Assembly (NCBI GenBank): GCA_900234795.1
Contig: LT962688.1
Coordinates: 240,001-272,000 of the forward strand
Direction of reading: 5' to 3'
Length of the DNA stretch: 32,000 nt
Source: Methylorubrum extorquens
GTDB lineage: Bacteria; Pseudomonadota; Alphaproteobacteria; Rhizobiales; Beijerinckiaceae
Position 1 is the first letter of the stretch, and every line of letters starts with the position of its first letter. This document shows positions 24,962-32,000 of the stretch, piece by piece. The position numbers and the translations under genes were made by a program. Under the pieces are notes generated by a model. That model searched no databases, was not told the origin of the DNA, and was given only the letters and a program-made list of their open reading frames with translations.

Positions 24962-25874
24962 ATGGATCGGCGTCAGCGTGTTTTGAATCTCGTCCGGCCG
25001 CAGGGCCGAACCGGCGTCGAGCTTGGGCCCCTCACACGCCCGATTCTCCTCAAGAGCGACGGCAACGTCCTCTATGCCGATCACCTCTCGACCGAGGGGC
25101 TGCGCCACCAGTACCGCGACCACCCGACCCTCGGCCCCGCCGGCATCGAGGGGGATCGTTCCAGTCGATGTCGTGCTCGGCGAAGGCGGGCTGCCGCGGG
25201 CGCTCGGCTCGCGCGGTCCGGTCGATTACATCGTCGCCTCGCACGTCGTCGAGCACGTTCCCGACTGCATCGGTTGGCTGCGGGAGTGCGGCGACGCCCT
25301 GAACGAGGGCGGCGTGTTCTGCCTGATGGTGCCGGACAAGCGCTTCACCTTCGACCATTTCCGCACGCCGAGCAGCGTCGGCGCGCTCGTCGCCGCCCAT
25401 CTGCTGCGGCTGCGCACGCCACCGCCCGAGGCCGTGTACGAACATTTCGCCAGGGCCAGCGAGATCGACGTGCGCGCCACGTGGCGCGGCAAGCCGGCTC
25501 CGGACAGGCCGATCGTCGGCGGCCCGCCGGCGGCTCTCGATGCCACCGCGACCGCCATCGCGAGCGGCGTGCACATCGACGTCCACTGCACGGTGTTCAC
25601 GCCGTACAGCTTCGCCCGCGCCCTCACCGAACTCCTCGCCCTCGACCTGCTCCCGTACGAATGCGCGGCCCTGGAGCCGACTCGTCCGTACGAGACCGAG
25701 TTCTTCGTGCTGCTGCGCAAGCGCAGCGACCTCACCGCCGCGGAGCGCGCCGCCACGGTGCCCCAGCTGGACCCGCGCCGGCACGACGCCCTGCCACCGC
25801 CCGCGGGTTGGCCGAAGCGAACCCGAGCGGCAGCGGGCCGATGGGTCAGGCGCCTCCGCGGACGGAAGCCCTGA
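24962..25874 (+). pseudogene. SAM-dependent methyltransferase-like gene, frameshifted at a G5 run (25150-25154), antisense between ilvI and ilvH
   Basis: N-terminal part lies in the frame of ORF 24962 (VLNLVRPQGRTGVELGPLTRPILLKSDGNVLYADHLSTEGLRHQY...PAGIEG). The remainder lies in the frame of ORF 25023 (IVPVDVVLGEGGLP...VDYIVASHVVEHVPDCIGWLRECGDALNEGGVFCLMVPDKRFTFDHFR). Removing one G joins them as ...AGIEGIVPVDVV.... Confidence 0.65.
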
Positions 25875-25934
25875 CCGATCGAAACGGGCGACGCTGGGCA
25901 TGGCGGTCCGGGCGTTCGCGCGATGCGGGACCGA

Positions 25935-27710
25935 TCAGACCAGCATCTTGCCCTCGGCCGAGATGACGTCGCCGATCTCCACCCCGGTCTCACCGAGATA
26001 GTCGGACAGCAGCATCTCGTTGTGTGCCTTACCCGACGGGATCATCGGGAAGCAGTTTTCCTTCTTGTCGACGATGCAGTCGAAGATGACCGGACCGTCA
26101 TAGTCCAGCATCTCCTGGATCGCCGCATCGAGTTCACCGGGCTTCTCGCAGCGGATACCCTTGGCACCGTAGGCCTCGGCGAGCTTCACGAAGTCCGGCA
26201 GGCTCTCCGAGTAGCTCTGCGAGTAGCGCGAGCCGTGCAGCAGCTCCTGCCACTGGCGCACCATGCCCATATACTCGTTGTTCAGGATGAAGATCTTGAC
26301 CGGCAGCCGGTACTGCACCGCCGTCGACATCTCCTGCATGTTCATCAGGATCGAGGCTTCGCCCGCGATGTCGATGACCAGGCCGTCCGGATTGGCAAGC
26401 TGCGTGCCGATCGCCGCCGGCAGGCCGTAGCCCATGGTGCCAAGACCGCCCGAGGTCATCCAGCGGTTCGGCTCATCGAACTTGAAGTATTGCGCCGCCC
26501 ACATCTGGTGCTGGCCGACCTCGGTCGTGACGAAGGTCTTGCGATCCTTGCACGCCTCGTAGAGCCGCTGCACCGCGTATTGCGGCTTGATGATGGTGCC
26601 CGACGGCCAGTAGGCGAGGCAGTCGCGCGACTTCCAGCGGCTGATCTTGTTGAACCAGTCCTCCATCCGATCCTTGTCGGGCTGCTTCGGCAGCGCGCGC
26701 CACTGAGCGAGCATCTCCTCCAGCACCGCGGCGCAATCGCCGAGGATGCCGACATCGACCTTCACGACCTTGTTGATCGAGGAGGCGTCGACATCGACGT
26801 GGATCTTCTTCGAGAACGGCGCGAAGGCGTCGAGGCGGCCGGTGATGCGGTCGTCGAAGCGTGCGCCGATGTTGATCATCACGTCGCAGTCATGCATCGC
26901 GAGGTTGGCCTCGTAGGTGCCGTGCATGCCCAGCATTCCGAGGAACTTGTCATCGGAAGCCGGGAAGGCACCGAGGCCCATCAGCGTGGACGTGACCGGG
27001 AAGCCGGTCTCGGCGACCAGCTCGCGCAGCAGCCGCGAGGCTTCCGGGCCCGAATTGATGACGCCGCCGCCGGTGTAGAAGACCGGGCGGCGCGCGCCGG
27101 CCATCAGCTCGACCGCTGCGCGGATCTTCTCGGAATCGCCCTTCACCGGCGGGTTGTAGGTCTTGTGGCCGTCCTGCGCCGGGCGGGAATAGACGCCGCT
27201 CGCGAACTGGATGTCTTTCGGCAAGTCGATGACGACCGGGCCGGGGCGCCCATGGCTCGCGACGTAGAACGCCTCGTGCAGGATGCGCGGCAGGTCCTCG
27301 ATCGATTTGACGAGGTAGTTGTGCTTCGTGCAGTGCCGGGTGATGCCGACCGTGTCGCATTCCTGGAACGCGTCGGAGCCGATCAGGTGCGTCGGAACCT
27401 GACCTGTCACCGCGACGAGCGGGATCGAGTCCAGCATCGCGTCGGTGAGGCCGGTGACGATGTTGGTGGCACCGGGGCCGGACGTGACGAGGACGACGCC
27501 GACCTTGCCCGACGAACGGGCATAGCCCTCGGCCGCATGGACCGCACCCTGCTCATGGCGCACCAGCACGTGCTGGATCTTGGTCTCGTTGAAGAGCGCG
27601 TCGTAGATCGGCAGCACCGCGCCGCCCGGATAGCCGAACAGGGTATCCACGCCCTGATCCTGGAACGCCCGGATGACCATCTGGGCCCCGGTCATGACCT
27701 CGCCGCTCAT
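25935..27710 (-). CDS. ilvI: Acetolactate synthase large subunit
   Basis: Start at ATG 27710 with GGAGGA 5 nt upstream. Translation [39 protein letters not shown]...[15 protein letters not shown]...[12 protein letters not shown] carries the ThDP-binding motif. 591 aa. Confidence 0.95.
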   Translation of the reverse strand: MSGEVMTGAQMVIRAFQDQGVDTLFGYPGGAVLPIYDALFNETKIQHVLVRHEQGAVHAAEGYARSSGKVGVVLVTSGPGATNIVTGLTDAMLDSIPLVAVTGQVPTHLIGSDAFQECDTVGITRHCTKHNYLVKSIEDLPRILHEAFYVASHGRPGPVVIDLPKDIQFASGVYSRPAQDGHKTYNPPVKGDSEKIRAAVELMAGARRPVFYTGGGVINSGPEASRLLRELVAETGFPVTSTLMGLGAFPASDDKFLGMLGMHGTYEANLAMHDCDVMINIGARFDDRITGRLDAFAPFSKKIHVDVDASSINKVVKVDVGILGDCAAVLEEMLAQWRALPKQPDKDRMEDWFNKISRWKSRDCLAYWPSGTIIKPQYAVQRLYEACKDRKTFVTTEVGQHQMWAAQYFKFDEPNRWMTSGGLGTMGYGLPAAIGTQLANPDGLVIDIAGEASILMNMQEMSTAVQYRLPVKIFILNNEYMGMVRQWQELLHGSRYSQSYSESLPDFVKLAEAYGAKGIRCEKPGELDAAIQEMLDYDGPVIFDCIVDKKENCFPMIPSGKAHNEMLLSDYLGETGVEIGDVISAEGKMLV

Positions 27711-27773
27711 CGATTCCTCCATCAATCCGTTCTTCGTCTTCCGATCCGCATGCCGGCCCGCTGGATTTCGCGC

Positions 27774-27799
27774 AATAAAAAAGGGCCCCGAGGGACCCT
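27774..27799 (-). terminator. Attenuator terminator in the ilvI leader
   Basis: Minus strand: AGGGTCC-CTCG-GGGCCCT (7-bp stem including one G-U pair) followed by TTTTTTATT. It lies between the leader ORF and the ilvI start. Confidence 0.65.
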
Positions 27800-27834
27800 G
27801 CATGCGCCACCGACCGGGCCTGTCAGGCTTGAGA

Positions 27835-27885
27835 TCAAGCCCGCCCCGTCTGTGGCGCTTCCACTACGATAAGAACCGTGCGCAT
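27835..27885 (-). CDS. ilv leader peptide (16 aa, [16 protein letters not shown])
   Basis: ATG at 27885, TGA at 27835-27837. There is a run of five consecutive branched-chain codons (V L I V V). A stem-loop at the stop codon (GGCTTG-ATCT-CAAGCC) and the downstream intrinsic terminator give the classic attenuation layout. Confidence 0.6.
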   Translation of the reverse strand: MRTVLIVVEAPQTGRA

Positions 27886-28374
27886 CGTCGATCCGTTCGC
27901 CGCTGACCCGCCGAGTTTCGGCGAGCGCCCTGCACGTGACATCCTGCAGGTGAGGGGCGCGGAGTAAGCGATGCGCACCCTCCCGTCAATCCGCATATCC
28001 CGTATTTGCAGCGACAAAGCTTGTATTCGATACGCGCCCCGCCGTTCCACCGTGTCAGGCCTCCTGCATGGCTCCCGGGCAGTGCGACACCTCGGCGCGG
28101 AGACCCTCCGATTGCCGCGACGGTTCGGAGGCCGAGCAGCGCATCCCGGCCAGCGGGCAGCAGTCGAACCGTCAGGGATGAGCGGACGGTTTGCTCCATG
28201 ATAAGCCCCTCGATCACATCGCAGACGATGATAGATCGAGGAGGGCAATTAGAGGCGCACCAGTATCGAGCAATTCGCCTCGATTGTATTTGTCAGAAGC
28301 ATTCAAAGCTGAATGCACGACACCTGCATTCTATGAGTATTGCGAGTTACATACTAAATCGAAAAAATTCTTTC

Positions 28375-29868
28375 TCAGGTTCCGCAGAAGGTGCGATATC
28401 CGCGCCCGCCGCCTTCCGGAGGCTCGGCATATTGCGCGAAATCCGGCTGGTCGTCGTAGGGGCGTGCGAGAACGGTCAACAACGTCTCGAACGGTGCGAA
28501 ATCCTGCCGTTCGACGGCAGCCGTGATCATCTCCTCGACGCGGTGGTTGCGTGGGATGAAAGCGGGATTGGCGGCCCTCATCATCTGCCGCCGGGCGGCG
28601 GCATCGCCGGCCTCGTCCTTGAGCCGCCTGCGCCAGCCTTCGGCCCAGCGATCGTAAGCGGTCGGATCGATGAACAAGCTCCGCACGGCTTCGACAGCGG
28701 CCGGATCCGATTCGCCATCGGGTCCCGGCACAGCCTCGCCGAGGCGCCGGAAGGTGAGGGTGAAGTCGGCCTCGTTCTCGGCCATGGTTTTCAGCAGGTC
28801 GCCCGCAAGCGCGGGATCGCCGTCGCGCGTCGTGGCGAGACCGAGCTTGCGGTTCAATCCGCCGTGATAGGCCGCCTCGAACTGACCGGCGAAGCCGGTC
28901 AGCGCCGCCTCGGCCTCGGCAACGGCCTGCTTCTCGTCCTCGGAGAGAAGGGGCAGCAGCGCCTCCGCGAGCCGGGTGAGGTTCCAGAGGGCGATGCGCG
29001 GTTGGTTGCCGTAGGCGTAGCGCCCGTTGCGGTCGATGGAGCTGAAGGCGGTTGCCGGGTCGTAGGTGTCGAGAAAAGCGCAGGGACCGTAATCGATGGT
29101 CTCGCCGGCAATCGACATGTTGTCGGTGTTCATCACGCCGTGGATGAAGCCGACGGTGAGCCAACGCGCGACCAGCGCGGCCTGCCGGCGGATTACGCCG
29201 TCGAGCAGGGCGCGGTAGGGATTGTCGGCCCGCGCCGCCTCAGGATCGTGGCGCGCAATGGCGTGGTCGGCGAGCGCGCGCAGACCTTCGACGTCGCCGC
29301 GGGCGGCAAAGAACTGGAACGACCCGACCCGGATATGGCTCGATGCGACCCGGGTCAGCACCGCGCCGGGCAGCACCGTCTCGCGGATCACCCGCTCGCC
29401 GGTGGTCACCGCCGCGAGCGCGCGGGTGGTCGGAATGCCGAGGGCGTGCATCGCCTCGCTGACGAGATACTCGCGCAGCACCGGACCGAGGGCGGCGCGC
29501 CCGTCGCCCCGGCGGGAAAACGGGGTCGGGCCAGATCCTTTGAGTTGGATGTCCCGGCGCCCGTCACGACCGACGACCTCGCCCAGTAGGATCGCACGCC
29601 CGTCGCCGAGTTGCGGCACGAACTGCCCGAACTGATGCCCGGCATAGGCCGCCGCCAGCGGCTCCGCGCCCTCCGGAACTCGCTGTCCGGCCAAGACTTC
29701 GACGCCCTCCGGGCTTTCGAGCCGATCGGGATCGAGGCCGAGATCCACGGCGAGCGCCCGGTTCAGCCGGATCAGCCGGGGCGCCTCGACCGCCGTCGGC
29801 GCAACCCGGCCGAAGAAGTGGCTGGGCAAGCGCGCGTAGCTGTTGTCGAACGGAAAGAGGGCGGTCAT
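28375..29868 (-). CDS. selO: Protein adenylyltransferase SelO (YdiU/UPF0061 family)
   Basis: 497 aa. Motifs: [105 protein letters not shown]. Confidence 0.93.
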   Translation of the reverse strand: MTALFPFDNSYARLPSHFFGRVAPTAVEAPRLIRLNRALAVDLGLDPDRLESPEGVEVLAGQRVPEGAEPLAAAYAGHQFGQFVPQLGDGRAILLGEVVGRDGRRDIQLKGSGPTPFSRRGDGRAALGPVLREYLVSEAMHALGIPTTRALAAVTTGERVIRETVLPGAVLTRVASSHIRVGSFQFFAARGDVEGLRALADHAIARHDPEAARADNPYRALLDGVIRRQAALVARWLTVGFIHGVMNTDNMSIAGETIDYGPCAFLDTYDPATAFSSIDRNGRYAYGNQPRIALWNLTRLAEALLPLLSEDEKQAVAEAEAALTGFAGQFEAAYHGGLNRKLGLATTRDGDPALAGDLLKTMAENEADFTLTFRRLGEAVPGPDGESDPAAVEAVRSLFIDPTAYDRWAEGWRRRLKDEAGDAAARRQMMRAANPAFIPRNHRVEEMITAAVERQDFAPFETLLTVLARPYDDQPDFAQYAEPPEGGGRGYRTFCGT

Positions 29869-29894
29869 CGGCGGTACCGGTGTGAAGGCGGCTC

Positions 29895-29954
29895 GGTGTG
29901 AGACGCGGACAGAGCAAAGGGAAGGGTGTGAGACGCGGACAGAGCAAAGGGAAG
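29895..29954. repeat. Perfect tandem duplication, 2 x 30 bp
   Basis: GGTGTGAGACGCGGACAGAGCAAAGGGAAG occurs at 29895-29924 and again at 29925-29954, followed by a further GG. The repeat begins 27 nt upstream of the selO ATG (29868, minus strand). Confidence 0.95.
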
Positions 29955-30086
29955 GGCCGGGCCGAGCGCAAGGGCCCCGCGCCGGAAGGCGCGAGGACTG
30001 CGACGTCCGGCACGAGAGGATCGTCGGGTTGCCGATCCGATCAGAGCCGACCGGTGACGGAACTGCGGCGGCCCTCTCGTCGGGGG

Positions 30087-30590
30087 TCAGGCCGCCTTCT
30101 GGTTCACGCGGCTCTCAGCCAGAGCCGTAAGCTTCTGATCGGTCGCCTTCTCCTCGTCGAGCGTCTGCTGGAGCACCGCCGCGCAATCGTCGCGGCCGAG
30201 CCGCTTGGCCCAGGCGACGAGGGTGCCGTAGCGGGCGATCTCGTAATGCTCGACCGCCTGCGCCGCCGCGAGCAGGGCAGCGTCCAGCACTTCCTTATCG
30301 GCGACCTCGCCGGCGGTTTCGTTGGCTTCCTTGATGATCCCGTCGATGGCAGGGCAGTTGACCGCCTTCGGCTTGTGGCCGTGCATCTCGAACACCTGTT
30401 CGAGGCGTTTGATCTGGCCTTCCGTCTCGCGCAGATGCGTCTCGAAGCCCTGGCGAAGCTGCGCGTTCGTCGCCTTCCCGATCATCGTCGGCAAAGCTTT
30501 GGTGATCTGGTTCTCGGCGTAATAGACGTCCTGCAACGTGTGCACGAAGAGGTCGTCCAGCGATTTGATGTCCTTCGTGAACAGACCCAT
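30087..30590 (-). CDS. DUF892 / YciE-YciF ferritin-like stress protein
   Basis: Start at ATG 30590. Translation [67 protein letters not shown]...[16 protein letters not shown] is the characteristic family pattern. Confidence 0.88.
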   Translation of the reverse strand: MGLFTKDIKSLDDLFVHTLQDVYYAENQITKALPTMIGKATNAQLRQGFETHLRETEGQIKRLEQVFEMHGHKPKAVNCPAIDGIIKEANETAGEVADKEVLDAALLAAAQAVEHYEIARYGTLVAWAKRLGRDDCAAVLQQTLDEEKATDQKLTALAESRVNQKAA

Positions 30591-30871
30591 GGCGTCCTCC
30601 TGTAATGGTCTCGGGCCCATGCCTGAGCACGTCCCATCACAGGGGAATCCCGACGGCGCTGCGGCGGTTCCGATATGCCGGCCAGAGGGCCTGACATCGC
30701 CAACGGCTTCGCTTCACGTTTGGGACAACATAGTTCTATTTCCCCATTCCTGCCTCGCCCTGCGGTCACAGCCGTCGCGGGGCCTGAAGCCGCTTCTATC
30801 CGGCCCTCGGCAAGTCCGTTACGAGATCCCCGCGCACGGCATGCGGCAAGGCGATCGGACGAGGTGACGGC

Positions 30872-32000
30872 ATGGCGGATGCGCTCACGAGCAAGGTGGC
30901 GCGGCGCCTGCTGCCCTTCCTGATGCTGTGCTACTTCTTCGCCTATCTCGACCGGGTGAATGTCGGCTTCGCCGCACTCACCATGAACCGGGATCTCGGC
31001 CTGTCGGCGACGGCCTACGGGTTCGGCGCGGGTCTGTTCTTTCTCGGTTACGTCGCCTTCGAGGTGCCGAGCAACCTGATCCTGGAGCGGGTCGGGGCGC
31101 GGCTCTGGATCGCGCGGATCATGGTGACCTGGTCGCTGGTTTCGGCCTCGACTGCGCTCGTCGTCGGCGAATGGTCGTTCTACCTCGTGCGCGTCGGACT
31201 CGGGCTCGCCGAAGCCGGCTTCTTCCCCGGCATCATCCTCTATCTCACCTACTGGTTTCCCGCCCGACAGCGCGCCGGCATCGTCGGCACCTTCATGATG
31301 GCGGTGCCGCTCTCGGCGGCGATCGGTGCGCCGCTCTCGGGCCTCGTCATGAGCCTCACCGACGGCTGGCTCGGGCTCGCGGGCTGGCAGTGGCTCTACC
31401 TGCTGGAGGCCGCACCCAGCCTGCTTCTTGGCATCGCGACCCTGTTCGTGCTGACCGACCGGCCGGAACGCGCCTCCTGGCTGACCGCCGAGGAGCGGGC
31501 GAGCCTCGTGGCGCGGATGGCGGAGGATCGCCGGCTCAGCCCGAACCGGACGGCGCATCTGGGTGCAGCCCTGCTCGACCCGCGGGTGCTCGGCCTCGGG
31601 CTGGTCTATTTCGGGCTCAGCACCGGCCTCTACGCCGTCGGCCTGTGGTTGCCGCAGATCGTGAGCGGCTTCGGCTTCACGACGACGGCAACGGGGTTCG
31701 TGACCGCCGTGCCCTACATCGTCTCGGCTGCGGGCATGCTGCTCTGGACGCGCCATTCCGACCGCACGGGTGAGCGCACCCGACATGTCGCGATCCCGAC
31801 CGTGGCCGCCGGCCTCGCCCTCTTCGCCGCCAGCCGAGCCGGCACACCGCTCCTTACCATTGCCGCACTCAGTGCGGCGGCGCTCGGCGTTTTCGCGGCT
31901 CTGCCGACCTTCTGGACACTGCCCACCCGCCTCCTCACCGGCAGCGCGGCCGCGGGCGGCATCGCCCTAATCAACGCGCTCGGAAGCCTCGGCGGATTTG
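30872..32000 (+). CDS. MFS transporter, anion:cation symporter (ACS)-like, C-terminus beyond the window
   Basis: ATG at 30872 with GAGG 7 nt upstream. Translation MADALTSKVARRLLPFLMLCYFFAYLDRVNVGFAALTMNRDLGLS...GYVAFEVPSNLILERVGARLWIARIM... shows multiple transmembrane segments. The frame is open to the window end, which is why it is absent from the ORF track. Confidence 0.88.
   Translation, partial: MADALTSKVARRLLPFLMLCYFFAYLDRVNVGFAALTMNRDLGLSATAYGFGAGLFFLGYVAFEVPSNLILERVGARLWIARIMVTWSLVSASTALVVGEWSFYLVRVGLGLAEAGFFPGIILYLTYWFPARQRAGIVGTFMMAVPLSAAIGAPLSGLVMSLTDGWLGLAGWQWLYLLEAAPSLLLGIATLFVLTDRPERASWLTAEERASLVARMAEDRRLSPNRTAHLGAALLDPRVLGLGLVYFGLSTGLYAVGLWLPQIVSGFGFTTTATGFVTAVPYIVSAAGMLLWTRHSDRTGERTRHVAIPTVAAGLALFAASRAGTPLLTIAALSAAALGVFAALPTFWTLPTRLLTGSAAAGGIALINALGSLGGF

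Noticed and set aside
28200-28374. AT-rich patch between the selO stop and the ilv leader, with short direct (ATCGAG..CAATT) and inverted (ATCGAGG...CCTCGAT) repeats. Considered as a possible small RNA or mobile-element scar.
   Set aside because: The repeats are only 6-7 bp. No terminator, promoter or coding signal could be tied to them, and the patch most plausibly contains the ilvI promoter region.
29895-29954. CRISPR array or minisatellite.
   Set aside because: There are only two directly abutting identical units, no spacers, and no cas genes in the window.

Overview
High-GC alphaproteobacterial chromosomal window. It looks Rhizobiales/Methylobacterium-like, but that is inferred only from gene content and protein motifs; no database search was possible.

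Layout:
(1) 1-4.7 kb, minus strand: replication cluster recF<-dnaN<-dnaA plus rpsT.
(2) tRNA-Thr(GGT) at 5006-5080, followed by about 5 kb of visibly lower-GC, gene-poor accessory DNA. It holds a phage-like membrane protein, a PAS-only protein and small hypotheticals. I found no integrase and no att repeat.
(3) 10.2-20.5 kb, a dense signalling block:
- a GAF-PAS-PAS-REC-LuxR regulator and a Crp/Fnr-family regulator;
- a translationally coupled MHYT histidine kinase / single-domain response regulator / REC-HWE-type kinase operon;
- a membrane-anchored di-haem cytochrome c;
- an EcfG-like ECF sigma factor.
(4) 20.6-32 kb, metabolism and stress genes:
- class-II amidotransferase, AsnO/AsnB-like amidotransferase, GST;
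- ilvH, ilvI with a Val/Leu/Ile leader-peptide attenuator, selO;
- a DUF892/YciF-like protein and a partial ACS-type MFS transporter.

Most notable observations:
(a) The EcfG-like sigma carries a roughly 70-aa N-terminal extension whose sequence resembles the NepR anti-sigma motif. This could be a cis-fused partner-switch element. There is no adjacent anti-sigma gene, and GGAAC-N16-GGTT promoter-like motifs lie in front of nearby genes.
(b) At least four conserved genes are frame-disrupted, each at a short homopolymer or dinucleotide repeat: the dnaN stop codon, dnaA, ilvH, and a methyltransferase. Because dnaA and dnaN are essential, this most likely reflects sequence or assembly errors, but it needs checking.
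(c) ilvI and ilvH are separated by an antisense methyltransferase gene.
(d) A perfect 2 x 30 bp tandem duplication sits just upstream of selO.

Many long ORFs in the supplied track are antisense shadow ORFs typical of high-GC DNA and were not called.
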